A DNA stretch of 45,301 nucleotides from Gemmatimonadota bacterium (GCA_035281565.1 DATEDS010000209.1:1-45301); one strand, 5' to 3'. Positions 9,901 through 17,571 are shown, counted from the stretch's first letter. Numbers and translations: made by a program. Notes: generated from the letters alone by a model not told the origin.

Positions 9901-12800
9901 GCGGCCGTTCCCCGGACCGCGAGGAGCGGGGGCAGCACGGCCACCGCCAGGGCCACCGACAGCCACATCCGGCCGTAGACCTGTCCAAGTGTCCGCGACA
10001 CCCCCCGACCCGCTTGAGCCGCGGTGATCCACTCGAGGAGGTGGCGACGGGTCACGTACATGCGCGCCAGCGTTCGCGCGATCGCGTCGACCATGAGGAC
10101 GGTCCGGTTGGTCAGGAACACGATCGCCAGCGCGACCTGGGCGCCCGCCGTCAACGCGTCGGCCCCGATCGATCGCAGGTGACTTCGCTTGGCGATGCCC
10201 CGGCGCGCCGGGACCAGACCCGTCAACACCGGTACGGCGGCTGGCATGGCGAGCGTCGCGACGACGAATCCGGTCCACAAGAGCGGCGACACCGGGAGGA
10301 GGGCCCAGCCGGCCACGAGCAGGAGGAAGGTCGAGGGCGGGGACAGGGTCCGCCGCAGGTTGTCGACCATCTTCCAGCGGTGGATCAGCGAGAGCGAGCA
10401 GGGCGGACGCCCGTTCGTCGCGGGCCGCCGGCCCACGATCCACGGCAGGAGCTGCCAGTCGCCTCGTGCCCAGCGATGGACGCGCCGCGCGTTGGTCTCG
10501 TAGTGGGTCGGGAACTCGTCGAAAACCTCGACGTCGGTGACCAGGCCCGTCCGCGCGAAGGAACCCTCGAACAGGTCGTGGCTGAGGAGGGTGTTCTCGG
10601 GAACGCGGCCGTCGAGAACGCCCATGAACGCGTCCACGTCGTAGATCCCCTTGCCCACGTACGAGGCCTCGCTGAAGAGGTCCTGATAGACGTCCGAGAC
10701 GGCCGCCACGTAGGGATCCAGGCCGGTCGGCCCGGACCAGATGCGGTGGTAGAGCGTGACCTCGTCGGCGGCGGGCAGGAGCGGCGTCACCCGGGGCTGG
10801 AGGATCCCGTACCCATGGACGACCCTCTGTCGCACGGCATCGATACGCGGCCGATTCAAGGGGTGGGACATCGCCCCGACCAGCTTCTCTCCGGTCTCGA
10901 GGGGCAGCCGGGTGTCGGCGTCCAGCGTGAGGACGTAGCGGACATGGCTCGGGACGTCGGTGAGACCGTCACCGCGAGGGATGTACGTGGTGTCCCGAGC
11001 GCCTCGGAGAAGCCGGTTGAGCTCGTCGATCTTGCCGCGCTTGCGCTCCCAACCCATCCACACTCCCTCGACCGCATTCCAGAGCCGTTTCCGGTGCAGG
11101 AGGAGGAACCGTGGCCCGCCGTCCGGCCGCGGGCCGTAGCGATCGTTGAGGGTTTCGAGACCGCGCGCCGCCACCGCCAGGAGACGGTCGTCCTCCGGCT
11201 GGCTCTCGGTGTCGGCGTCGCGCCAGTCGCTCAGGATCGCGTACGCGATGTGACCGCGGGCGGTCGCCAGGTAGTGACGCTCGAGGCGCTCCACCTGGAC
11301 GCGCACGGCCTCCTCGTCGGTGAGCATGGTCGGGACGGCGACCAGGGTTGAGCTGGACTCCGGGATGCCGGACCGGAAATCCAGCTTGGGCAGCCGCCGC
11401 GGTTCCAGGAGCTCGCTGACGTCGCGCTGCACGAGAGCGATGGCAAGGTCGGAAGCCGGGACGAGCGAAAGGGCCGCGAGAAGAACCAGGACAGCCGTGG
11501 CGACACCGAGGGTCGCCAGATAGACGACCAGGAGCGCTACCAGGAGGGCGCTCACCAGGCCGATCGTCCCGAGGTATCCGACGCTGGCCGCCGCCAGGAA
11601 CCCCCGCCTCAGCCAGGTCGAGACCGGCGCCCGGTACCCGAGCTCCTTCTCGAAGCGACGCCTCCCCCCGCGGATCAGCCAGTACCCGACGTGGCGCCGG
11701 ATCTCCGCGTCCTCGTCGTCCACCGATCCCAGCGAGGCGGTCTCGAGCGCCCGCTCGGCGACCGCGAGCTCGGCCCGCTTCGACCCTCGCGCCAGCTCCT
11801 CCACCGCGTGCCGGTACGTGTCGCGGGTGGCAAAGTCCATCTGCGGATAGATCCGGGTCGGATCGCGGCGGAGCGTCCGCTCGACCAGGCTCACGCTCTC
11901 GAAGAACTCGCGCCAGTCGTACGCGCCGACCTGGCGCAGGCTGGTGAACACGTTGACGACGGTGGCGTGGGCGGCGAGCTGGTTCATGTGCTCCGCCCGC
12001 ACGGTCTCCTCGGCGGTGACCCCGGTCTCGGCGAGCCGCTCCTCGAGCCATCCCATGGCCGGCATGACCGCCGGGTCGCTCTCGCGAAGACGCTGGAGGA
12101 GGGCCACCGCGAACGGGCGGTCGAGCGGCTCTGCGCCGTATGGCTCGAGGACCTCCAGGATGTCCTCCGGGTCGTGACCGGTCTCGAGGAGCTTGTCGGC
12201 GAGGGAGTTGGCCTCGGCCCGCGCGTCCCGGGCCCGGACCACCTGCTCGGAGATCCGCCGCAGGTTTTCGACGAGGACCAGCCGCAGAACGATCGGCACC
12301 GCCCACAGCTCGCCCATCGTCAACGGCGTCCCCTCCTGGTAGGCGCGCACGAAGCGCTCCATGAGGTCCGGGTCGAACCGGCTGTCGGTGTGGGCGACGA
12401 ACGCCCACGTCAGGCCGTACACTCGCGGCGCATCGGCGAGGTGACCGGCGGCGATCTTGGGGAGCTCACGGTAGTAGTCGGACGGCAGGCTCTCGCGGAT
12501 CACCCGGACCTGGTCGTCGACCAGGAAGAAGTTGTCGATCAGCCATTCGGCGGCCGGCGGGATCGCCTCGTCACGGCGGACGGCCTCCGTGAGCGAGCGA
12601 TAGCAGCCGCGCAGGACACGGGCGTTGTCTTCGAGCCGGGCAAGGAGCGGGGCCCCGCGCCGCCTTTCCCGACGCGCGACATGCGCCTCGGCCAGGGATC
12701 GGGCATGCTGCTCGAGCCGCTCGACCCCGAAGATCTCCGAGCGGATCGGCTCGGTCTCGTCGGTCGAGGCGGCGATCAGCGGGAACGACAGGCTGATCAT
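3912..12800 (-). CDS. ndvB: Cyclic beta-1,2-glucan synthase-like giant protein (NdvB/ChvB/Cgs type; GT84 synthase domain plus C-terminal GH94 phosphorylase-like domain), 2962 aa
   Basis: The N-terminal third has TM segments. GT84-type motifs are present: VLTLDADTRLP and RRVHRWARGDWQLLPW. The C-terminal region has the GH94-type GTGDWNDGMNRVG and cellobiose-phosphorylase-like sequence to the end. The size and domain order match the Cgs family. Confidence 0.85.
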   Translation of the reverse strand: MISLSFPLIAASTDETEPIRSEIFGVERLEQHARSLAEAHVARRERRRGAPLLARLEDNARVLRGCYRSLTEAVRRDEAIPPAAEWLIDNFFLVDDQVRVIRESLPSDYYRELPKIAAGHLADAPRVYGLTWAFVAHTDSRFDPDLMERFVRAYQEGTPLTMGELWAVPIVLRLVLVENLRRISEQVVRARDARAEANSLADKLLETGHDPEDILEVLEPYGAEPLDRPFAVALLQRLRESDPAVMPAMGWLEERLAETGVTAEETVRAEHMNQLAAHATVVNVFTSLRQVGAYDWREFFESVSLVERTLRRDPTRIYPQMDFATRDTYRHAVEELARGSKRAELAVAERALETASLGSVDDEDAEIRRHVGYWLIRGGRRRFEKELGYRAPVSTWLRRGFLAAASVGYLGTIGLVSALLVALLVVYLATLGVATAVLVLLAALSLVPASDLAIALVQRDVSELLEPRRLPKLDFRSGIPESSSTLVAVPTMLTDEEAVRVQVERLERHYLATARGHIAYAILSDWRDADTESQPEDDRLLAVAARGLETLNDRYGPRPDGGPRFLLLHRKRLWNAVEGVWMGWERKRGKIDELNRLLRGARDTTYIPRGDGLTDVPSHVRYVLTLDADTRLPLETGEKLVGAMSHPLNRPRIDAVRQRVVHGYGILQPRVTPLLPAADEVTLYHRIWSGPTGLDPYVAAVSDVYQDLFSEASYVGKGIYDVDAFMGVLDGRVPENTLLSHDLFEGSFARTGLVTDVEVFDEFPTHYETNARRVHRWARGDWQLLPWIVGRRPATNGRPPCSLSLIHRWKMVDNLRRTLSPPSTFLLLVAGWALLPVSPLLWTGFVVATLAMPAAVPVLTGLVPARRGIAKRSHLRSIGADALTAGAQVALAIVFLTNRTVLMVDAIARTLARMYVTRRHLLEWITAAQAGRGVSRTLGQVYGRMWLSVALAVAVLPPLLAVRGTAALEALPVVALWLVAPGVALWLSRPLKDPGVEELDPESTAYLRRLARRTWRFFEELVDEEDGWLPPDNLQIDPEPVVAHRTSPTNIGMYLLSVLAAHDFGWIGTGELGARLERTFGSMHRLERHAGHLYNWYDTRSLQPLEPRYISTVDSGNLAGHLLVIGHGSRDLTRRPILGGRARDGIEDAIALAREAARTPAEALRTGTVSRHDLEESLQTLAEALIEAPGTPADWATLLDRIVDAAATLTDVAEVLVEEGAAGAAELRSWSVRVSETATSHREDLRAVAPWGEILAGGVPAWLLADTERQQRWERAAHVLSVIPSPNAVQRIARTAETELAELSGTLRDSGDLEVEAARGWIESLRAAVRRGRESAASLADRLNGLAGSADRWVEETDFRILYDRDRELFAIGYRPMEGRLDSGYYDLLATEARLASFVAIAKGDVPVEHWFRLGRPVTPVGRDSALISWSGSMFEYVMPYLVLKAPAGTLLDRTQRLVVRRQIQYGAERGIPWGVSESAYNARDLAFTYQYSHFGIPGLGLTRGLSEDLVVAPYATALAGMIEPRAAVRNLERLAALESAGTFGFFEALDFTPIRLPKDQEFEVVRAYMAHHQGMTIAAIDNVVKHGIFRERFHEVPMIGAAELLLQERIPRDVAVARPRPEEVKSVRHVREIVPPAIRRFRTAHTRVPRTHVLSNGRYSVMLTNAGSGYSRHLGRAVTRWREDTTRDAWGQWLYLRDTASGEVWSASYQPTAVEPEHYEVLFSEDRAEIHRLDSAVWTSLEVIVAPEDDGELRRLTIKNLGARPREIEVTSYAELVLAPPAADDAHPAFQNLFVRTEFVSSLDAIIATRRPRESDDPEVWAAHVVAAVGGETVGTIQCETDRARFLDRGHGVRRPSCVFEGRPLSNTTGSVLDPILSLRRTVRLQSGESARLTFSTLVAGSRDQALALVDKYREPATFEREAALAWTQAQVQLQHLGIEADEAHLFQRLASRILYLDPVLRPASGTISGNLAGQQAVWGFGMSGDRPIVLVRIDHLRDREIVRHLIRAHEYWGMKGMAVDLVILNEHPHSYAEELQDWLERSIRVSQSSARHEVHPGHGEIFILRGDQISEEDRLLLRAVARAELLSHHGSLAEQLEVALREEAEVIPPPRPRVQAPAASVPPPRPRLSFFNGLGGFAEAGREYVTILGEGQWTPAPWINVVANPVFGFQVSEAGAGFTWAINSRENRLTPWSNDAVSDPVGEALYLRDEDTGTVWTPTPLPIRQSTPYQVAHGQGYSRFEVQYHEIASRLVQFVPVDDPVKISRLTLRNLSDRPRRLSVTAYVEWVLGVERGKSAPMIVTSMDEETRALTAWNRWNPVFAERVAFADLRGQQDEWTADRGEFLGRNGTPRHPAAMIPGRRLSGRVGTGWDPCGALRRYVTLPPGGTVEVVFLLGQGEDREQARRLIAHYRTADLDRVLAAVETWWEDVLGALQVRTPDYSMSIMLNRWLLYQALSCRTWARSAFYQSGGAYGFRDQLQDVAALVVARREIVREHLLRAAAHQFAEGDVLHWWHPPTGKGVRTRITDDRAWLPLTLLHYLGVTGDEEILDEEIPFLAGEPLTEGEHERYLVPEVSAETGSLYEHCARALDVSLGLGPHGLPLMGTGDWNDGMNRVGEGGKGESVWLAWFLLLTLRGFLDLAGRRGDLDRVDRWRAYVDRVALALEEHGWDGDWYRRAYFDDGTPIGSATNEECRIDSIAQSWAVLSGVAPRDRAAHAMKAVEQYLVRRGDGLVLLFTPPFDRTPLDPGYIKGYVPGIRENGGQYTHAAIWSVIAFAELGDGDKAAELFSILNPINHASTRAGIHRYKVEPYVAVADVYAEPPHVGRGGWTWYTGSAGWMYRAGVEWILGFRLRGTALHFDPCIPRDWPGFEISFRYHSADYEIAVHNPEGVMRGVRRVELDGDEVPERGWGEVTATVDGERVGVGAHVGGNPGRPLEPPSGARIPLVDDGRTHIVRVTLG

Positions 12801-13000
12801 GAGGGCGGACGACCCGACGACAGGGGGGTCTTCTCCCTGTTGGGGGGACGAAGGCGATCAGGACGACGGAAGATGAACTGCCGGATCAAGATGGCGCCGG
12901 ACCACGCGCCGCGGCAACGCGCGGCAAGCGCGGGCTGATCAGCGGCCCGCGATCCAGGGCGATCGGGCGAACTCTTCTGGCGCTGAAGTTAATGGACGAG

Positions 13001-13118
13001 GTCGATCAAAACGGGTCAAGACCAAGGCGCGCGACTGAGGCCTCGCGAGGCGTACTGCAAAGTACGCCGCAGCGGGGCCGACGAAGCGCAACGCAGGTAT
13101 TGACCCGTTTTCATCGAC
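13001..13118. other. 118-nt extended imperfect hairpin (unclassified structured element), lying between the tRNA-Ser(CGA) 3' end and the cgs leader
   Basis: The outer arms 13001-13019 (gtcgatcaaaacgggtcaa) and 13100-13118 (ttgacccgttttcatcgac) are complementary at 18 of 19 positions. An inner helix pairs ggcctcgc (13039-46) with gcggggcc (13072-79). The apical helix is ggcgtact-GCAA-agtacgcc (13049-68). The base of the hairpin is 4 nt from the tRNA CCA end. Confidence 0.5.
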
Positions 13119-13122
13119 CGAA

Positions 13123-13213
13123 TGGCGGAGGGGGTGGGATTCGAACCCACGATACGCTATTCACGTATACCGGTTTTCGAGACCGGCGCCTTCAACCGCT
13201 CGGCCACCCCTCC
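13123..13213 (-). tRNA. tRNA-Ser (anticodon CGA), CCA encoded
   Basis: Hand fold. Acceptor GGAGGGG/CCCCTCC, anticodon stem CCGGT/ACCGG with loop CTCGAAA, long variable arm (ATACG..CGTAT), T arm GTGGG-TTCGAAT-CCCAC, G plus CCA. Confidence 0.9.
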
Positions 13214-13300
13214 GGTCCGTCGGGACGAAGCTCGCATCGACCGCGTCCGAGTTCAACCGCCCGTTGCGGAGGGCGGCGCCCGGGATCAGCTTAGGGCGCC

Positions 13301-13447
13301 GTGCTCTGGACGACCCTCGTCGTGCTGCTGATCCTTTGGCTCCTGGCCCTGCTGCTCGGGGCCGGGCGCTGGATCCATGCGCTGCCCGTCCTCATGAGCT
13401 GCCTGCTCGCCTACCGGCTCTTCGGGCCGCGCCGCCGGCGCTGGTGA
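13301..13447 (+). CDS. Small (48 aa) two-helix membrane protein, resembling the lmo0937-type small membrane protein family
   Basis: Own translation from GTG 13301: VLWTTLVVLLILWLLALLLGAGRWIHALPVLMSCLLAYRLFGPRRRRW*. tagggcgcc lies upstream as a possible SD. It is below the track size cutoff and overlaps the tadA 3' end by 37 nt, convergently. Confidence 0.45.
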   Translation: MLWTTLVVLLILWLLALLLGAGRWIHALPVLMSCLLAYRLFGPRRRRW

Positions 13448-13896
13448 AAGAACTCCCTGAGCAGGTCCCCGGCTTCGACGGCGGCGACGCCCCGGACGAC
13501 CTCCACCCGGTGATTGAGCCGCGTGTCCTGGACGAGATTCTCCAGGCTCCCGCACATGCCGGCCTTGGGATCGTCGGCGCCGTAGACCAGTCGCTCGATC
13601 CGGGCCAGGACGCACGCCCCCGCGCACATCGCACAGGGCTCCAGGGTCACGTAGAGGGTAGCCCCGGTGAGACGCCACGAACCGAGCCTCGCCGCTGCCT
13701 CTCGCAGCGCCAGGAGCTCGGCGTGGGCGGTGGGATCCTGCCAGGCCTCGGTGCGATTCGCCCCGCGCCCCACGATCTCGCCGTCCATCACGACCATGGC
13801 CCCGACGGGGACATCCCCGTGGGTCGCCGCCTCCCGGGCGAGAGCCAGCGCCTCCGTCATCCAGAGGCCATGGAGGTCCTCGGGGGATGCTTCCAC
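13411..13896 (-). CDS. tadA: tRNA adenosine(34) deaminase
   Basis: 161 aa with the CDA-fold zinc motifs HAELLALREAA and PCAMCAGA. The length and N-terminus MTEALALAREAATHGDVPVGAMVV are typical of TadA. Confidence 0.9.
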   Translation of the reverse strand: MEASPEDLHGLWMTEALALAREAATHGDVPVGAMVVMDGEIVGRGANRTEAWQDPTAHAELLALREAAARLGSWRLTGATLYVTLEPCAMCAGACVLARIERLVYGADDPKAGMCGSLENLVQDTRLNHRVEVVRGVAAVEAGDLLREFFHQRRRRGPKSR

Positions 13897-14002
13897 GCGA
13901 GGTTATGAAGATACCTGATCCCGGATGTTTCGCCTATGTCGCTGGCGAATCCGGGTGCCCCGGCATGTCCATTCCACTAGCGTCATGGTTCGGAGTTGAG
14001 CG

Positions 14003-15826
14003 ATGAACATTCTCGGAATCACGGGTGGAACGCTGGGCGGTGCCGCCCTCGTCACGGATGGCCGGATCGCGGCGGCCGTCCATGAAGAGCGGCTGAACCG
14101 GCTCAAGTCCTCTCAGGGGTTCCCCTGGCAATCGATTCGCGCGGTGCTCGACCTCGGAGGCATCGGGCCTGGCGAAGTGGACGTCGTCGCTCATGCCGCC
14201 CGTCGTACGTTTCTGATTCCCGAGCCGCGCGAGTTCGACGGCTGGCTGTCCGAGCGTCCAGGCACCGGGCGGCACATCGCCGAAGCGGTCACGTTGTCCC
14301 CCCAGGTCCCGGGTCCCATCCAGCGGCTGATGTTCCTCATGGGTAAGAGCGATACCCTCTGGAACACCGCGCAGATGGCCAGAATCGCAGTCACTCTTCC
14401 GAATCGGTCGCGTATCCGCAGGGCTCTGCAGGAGCGGCTCGGAATCACCGCTCCTCTCGAAACCATCGACCACCACGACGCTCACGCGTTTGGAGCCTAC
14501 TTCACTGCCGGCCACCCGGAAGCGACGGTGTTCACCCTCGATGGTGGCGGGGACGGGTTCTGCTCCAAGGTCTACCTGGCTCGTGGAGGGCGCATCCAGC
14601 GGCTCGACGCCACGACCACCTTCCACTCCATCGGCAACTACTACGCCTACGTCACGAAGATCCTGGGTTACAAGGCCCAGCTCCACGAGGGGAAGATCAC
14701 CGGTCTGGCCGCCCACGGAGAGCCCCGGCATCGGGCGCTCCTCCAGCGGTTCATCGACTTCGACACCAGGACGGGAAGATTCGTGAACCGGGGCGGTCGA
14801 ATGCTGTGGCCCGCCATCGACCAGCTCCGGGCCGCGCTGCCGTCCCGCTATCGGCCGGAGGATCTCGCAGCCTCGATTCAGGAACTTCTCGAAGATGCGG
14901 TCACGGCCTATGTGTCACGCTGGGTGCGGCGCACGGGGGTGCCCCACGTGATCCTCTCGGGCGGCGTGTTCGCCAACGTGAAGGTGAACCAGCGGGTTCA
15001 CGAGTTGCCGGACGTCGAGAGCGTAACCATCCATCCCGCCATGACGGATGCCGGGCTCGGGGTCGGTGCCGCCTTTGGCAGCTACGCCCGACGACCCGAG
15101 GCCCGCTCCCATCCGTTCGAAGCCACGCGGCTGGAACACGTCTATCTCGGCCCGAGCTGGGGGGAATCCGAGATGCTGACCGCCCTTCGCCGCGAGGGTC
15201 TCCCGGCCGTGCGTCCGGAGAACCTCGAGGCCCGTGTCGCCGAGCTCCTGGCCGGTGGCTCGATCGTGGCGCGCTACGACGGAGCCATGGAGTACGGGCC
15301 GCGGGCGCTCGGAAACCGGAGCATCCTCTATCAGGCGACCGACGCGAGCGTGAACGATTGGCTCAACAAGCGGCTCCATCGCACCGAGTTCATGCCGTTC
15401 GCGCCCGTCACGCTCGCAGACAGCGCCGGGCGCTGCTACCGTCACCTGGAAGGAGCCGAGTACACCGCCCGTTTCATGACCATCACCTTCGACTGCACCG
15501 AGTGGATGCGCCGCGAGATGCCGGCCGTGGTCCACGTCGACGGGACGGCCCGGCCGCAGCTGTTGGATCGTCAGACCAATTCCTCCTACCGCCGGATCCT
15601 CGAGCACTACGAGCGGCTGACCGGACTGAACTCCATCGTGAACACGAGCTTCAACATGCACGAGGAGCCGATCGTATGCTCCCCCGAGGACGCCGTGCGG
15701 GGATTCATGGAGGCGAAGCTGGACTGCCTGGCGATGGGGCCGTTCCTCGCAACGAGCAACGACGATTTGCGCCATCAAGGCGCGCGCGGTCGGATCGCGC
15801 GCCACTCGACGCGCGACCGGGTGTAG
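14003..15826 (+). CDS. Carbamoyltransferase (NodU/CmcH family)
   Basis: 607 aa. The N-terminus MNILGITGG...DGRIAAAVHEERLNRLK is an ASKHA-like fold, and the C-terminal carbamoyltransferase region carries NTSFNMHEEPIVCSPEDA. GGAG lies 11 nt upstream of the ATG. Confidence 0.85.
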   Translation: MNILGITGGTLGGAALVTDGRIAAAVHEERLNRLKSSQGFPWQSIRAVLDLGGIGPGEVDVVAHAARRTFLIPEPREFDGWLSERPGTGRHIAEAVTLSPQVPGPIQRLMFLMGKSDTLWNTAQMARIAVTLPNRSRIRRALQERLGITAPLETIDHHDAHAFGAYFTAGHPEATVFTLDGGGDGFCSKVYLARGGRIQRLDATTTFHSIGNYYAYVTKILGYKAQLHEGKITGLAAHGEPRHRALLQRFIDFDTRTGRFVNRGGRMLWPAIDQLRAALPSRYRPEDLAASIQELLEDAVTAYVSRWVRRTGVPHVILSGGVFANVKVNQRVHELPDVESVTIHPAMTDAGLGVGAAFGSYARRPEARSHPFEATRLEHVYLGPSWGESEMLTALRREGLPAVRPENLEARVAELLAGGSIVARYDGAMEYGPRALGNRSILYQATDASVNDWLNKRLHRTEFMPFAPVTLADSAGRCYRHLEGAEYTARFMTITFDCTEWMRREMPAVVHVDGTARPQLLDRQTNSSYRRILEHYERLTGLNSIVNTSFNMHEEPIVCSPEDAVRGFMEAKLDCLAMGPFLATSNDDLRHQGARGRIARHSTRDRV

Positions 15827-15834
15827 TCGGGCCA

Positions 15835-17571
15835 GTGCTACACCGACCGGCTGGAAGCGTCGCCAAAGCGCGGCGGTTCGGTGGGCGCGCGGGAACGCGG
15901 GCCGTGACCGCGTCGTGCATCGGCCTCTGTATCGCGCTCGGACTCCTGCAGGCGCTCTCTGGCGCCCTACGGCCCCACACCGACCCGGATGGCCTCTCGT
16001 ACATGGAATTGGGTGAAGCCTACCTCAGGGGTGACTGGGGGGCGGCCATCAACCAACACTGGAGCCCCCTCTATGGCCTGGTCCTGGGCTTCGCCCTGCA
16101 CGTGATGCAGCCTCCCGCGCGCTGGGAGCTCCCGCTGATGCAGGCGGTCAACTTCGGAATCTTTCTCTTCTGCCTCGCCTGCTTCCTCTTCTTCTGGCGG
16201 GAGCTCTTGCGGCGCAGACTCGTCGTTCCACGTTCGTCCGCGGCGAACGGCGTAACGTTCCCCCGGATCGCCTGGATCGTGCTGGGCTTTGCGCTCTTCG
16301 CCTGGTCGTCGCTGACGCTCGTGAGCGTTCAAGCCCTGAAGCCCGACATGCTGGCCTCAGCGCTGATGTACGTGCTCGCCGGGTCCCTGCTCCGCCTGCA
16401 GGAAGATTCGAATGGTCGCTCCCATTTCCTTGTGTTCGGATTGGCGCTGGGACTGGTCTGTCTGGCCCGGTTGGCGCTCCTTCCCGTCGCGGTCGTGTTC
16501 CTGGGCATGTGCCTGGTTTCGACCAGGGACTGGCGCGGAACGCTCGCTGCCTCTGGCATCTTCGCGTTTTTGGTAGCTCCCCTGCTGATCGGGCTGTCAG
16601 TTCACGCGGGCCGACCGACCTTGGGAGCGACCGCCAGGCTGGCTTATGCCTGGTATGTCAACGGTGTTCCTTCGGTGCACTGGCGTGGCGAACCTCCGGG
16701 CAGCGGGCAGCCGCGACACCCAACCCGCCAGCTCATGGACTCCCCACCCGTATACGAGTTCGGGAGCCCAGTCGAGGGTACGTACTCACCCTGGTACGAC
16801 CCCGCCTACTGGCAGGAGGGGCTCCGACCGCGCTTCGACGCGAAGGGTCAGCTCAAGGCCCTCTCGCGAGTCGTGAGAGAGTACAACGAATGGTTTCTAC
16901 GCAAGCTGGGCGGGGCCATAGCGATGGTGCTGGTCCTGTACGGGATGAGACATGGGCGAGTCGGCCGGCTGCGTGACCTCGCTTCCTGGTGGATTCTCCT
17001 CGTGCCCGCGTTAGCTGCCATCGCCATGTACTCGCTCGTCTACGTGGAAGGTCGGCACGTCGCATCCTTCATCGTGCTGACTTGGGCGGCCGTCCTCGCC
17101 GCGGTGCGCCTGCCAGGGACACTGCAGGCGCGGCGGCTGGCGTCGGTAGCCGCCGGAGGAATTGTCCTGGTACTCCTCGTCGACATCGCTACCAACACCG
17201 CGAAGGACATGAGGAGCTTCCCTCGTGAACAGCATGACCGTCCCGCCGACGTCGCCGAAGGGCTGCACCGGATGGGCGTCCAAGCCGGGGATCCGGTGGC
17301 CTATATCGGAGCGGCGATGCACGACGCGTTCTGGGCCCGTCTGGCCAGGGTGCAGATCGTTGCCGAGGGCTACTTCGACCCCGGCCCGGAGTTCTGGGCC
17401 GACGCCGAGTCCCAAATGATGGTGGTCGATGCCCTCTTCGCGGCCGGTTCCAGGGCCGTCGTGGCCAAGGATGTCCCGGCCGGTGCACATCACGGGAGTT
17501 GGAGGAGGATCGGAACCACCGACCACTTCGTCCTCGATGAGGTTCAACCGCCGGGCGAAGCTGCGAAATGA
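15835..17571 (+). CDS. Polytopic membrane protein A with GT-C-like architecture (paralog of 18652..20436); putative lipid-carrier-dependent glycosyltransferase
   Basis: This is the in-frame 3' part of track ORF 14806..17571; the upstream part is read-through across the carbamoyltransferase gene. About 10-12 TM helices are followed by a roughly 120-aa soluble C-terminus. The acidic first loop is PDGLSYMELGEAYLRGDW. The start is uncertain: GTG 15835 or GTG 15904. The family call is an inference from topology. Confidence 0.65.
   Translation: MLHRPAGSVAKARRFGGRAGTRAVTASCIGLCIALGLLQALSGALRPHTDPDGLSYMELGEAYLRGDWGAAINQHWSPLYGLVLGFALHVMQPPARWELPLMQAVNFGIFLFCLACFLFFWRELLRRRLVVPRSSAANGVTFPRIAWIVLGFALFAWSSLTLVSVQALKPDMLASALMYVLAGSLLRLQEDSNGRSHFLVFGLALGLVCLARLALLPVAVVFLGMCLVSTRDWRGTLAASGIFAFLVAPLLIGLSVHAGRPTLGATARLAYAWYVNGVPSVHWRGEPPGSGQPRHPTRQLMDSPPVYEFGSPVEGTYSPWYDPAYWQEGLRPRFDAKGQLKALSRVVREYNEWFLRKLGGAIAMVLVLYGMRHGRVGRLRDLASWWILLVPALAAIAMYSLVYVEGRHVASFIVLTWAAVLAAVRLPGTLQARRLASVAAGGIVLVLLVDIATNTAKDMRSFPREQHDRPADVAEGLHRMGVQAGDPVAYIGAAMHDAFWARLARVQIVAEGYFDPGPEFWADAESQMMVVDALFAAGSRAVVAKDVPAGAHHGSWRRIGTTDHFVLDEVQPPGEAAK

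Noticed and set aside
3696-11351. A 2551-aa stop-free ORF on the plus strand, antisense to the cyclic glucan synthase gene
   Set aside because: It is codon-aligned with the sense gene; both frames share the boundary at 3912. Its stops could therefore only arise from sense TTA, CTA or TCA codons, which a GC-rich genome avoids. The product is low-complexity and rich in R, P, G, D and V, with no motifs. The ORF also runs straight through tRNA-Ser(GGA). The sense strand carries clear GT84 and GH94 motifs. This is a shadow ORF, not a gene.
13001-13118. The long hairpin as SRP (4.5S) RNA. This was suggested by its rod shape, its GNAR-compatible GCAA tetraloop, and the tRNA-Ser/tadA neighbourhood seen around scr in Bacillus.
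   Set aside because: The universally conserved helix-8 motifs are absent on both strands: the short stem closing the tetraloop, followed by GGAAGCAGCC-type AGCA and AGG loops. Here the tetraloop is closed by an uninterrupted 8-bp stem. It is kept as an unclassified structure instead.
14806-15834. Long N-terminal extensions of track ORFs: 14806..17571, 23703..25628, 24674..26515, 26161..27990, 30956..32587, 20807..21943, 21492..22853, 20457..21074, 37619..38908, 43375..44310, 41814..42839 and 34282..35970
   Set aside because: The extensions run in alternative frames across the preceding, well-supported genes, and in one case across a tRNA. The recognisable protein always begins at an internal ATG, GTG or TTG that abuts or overlaps the upstream stop. 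I trimmed the starts accordingly.
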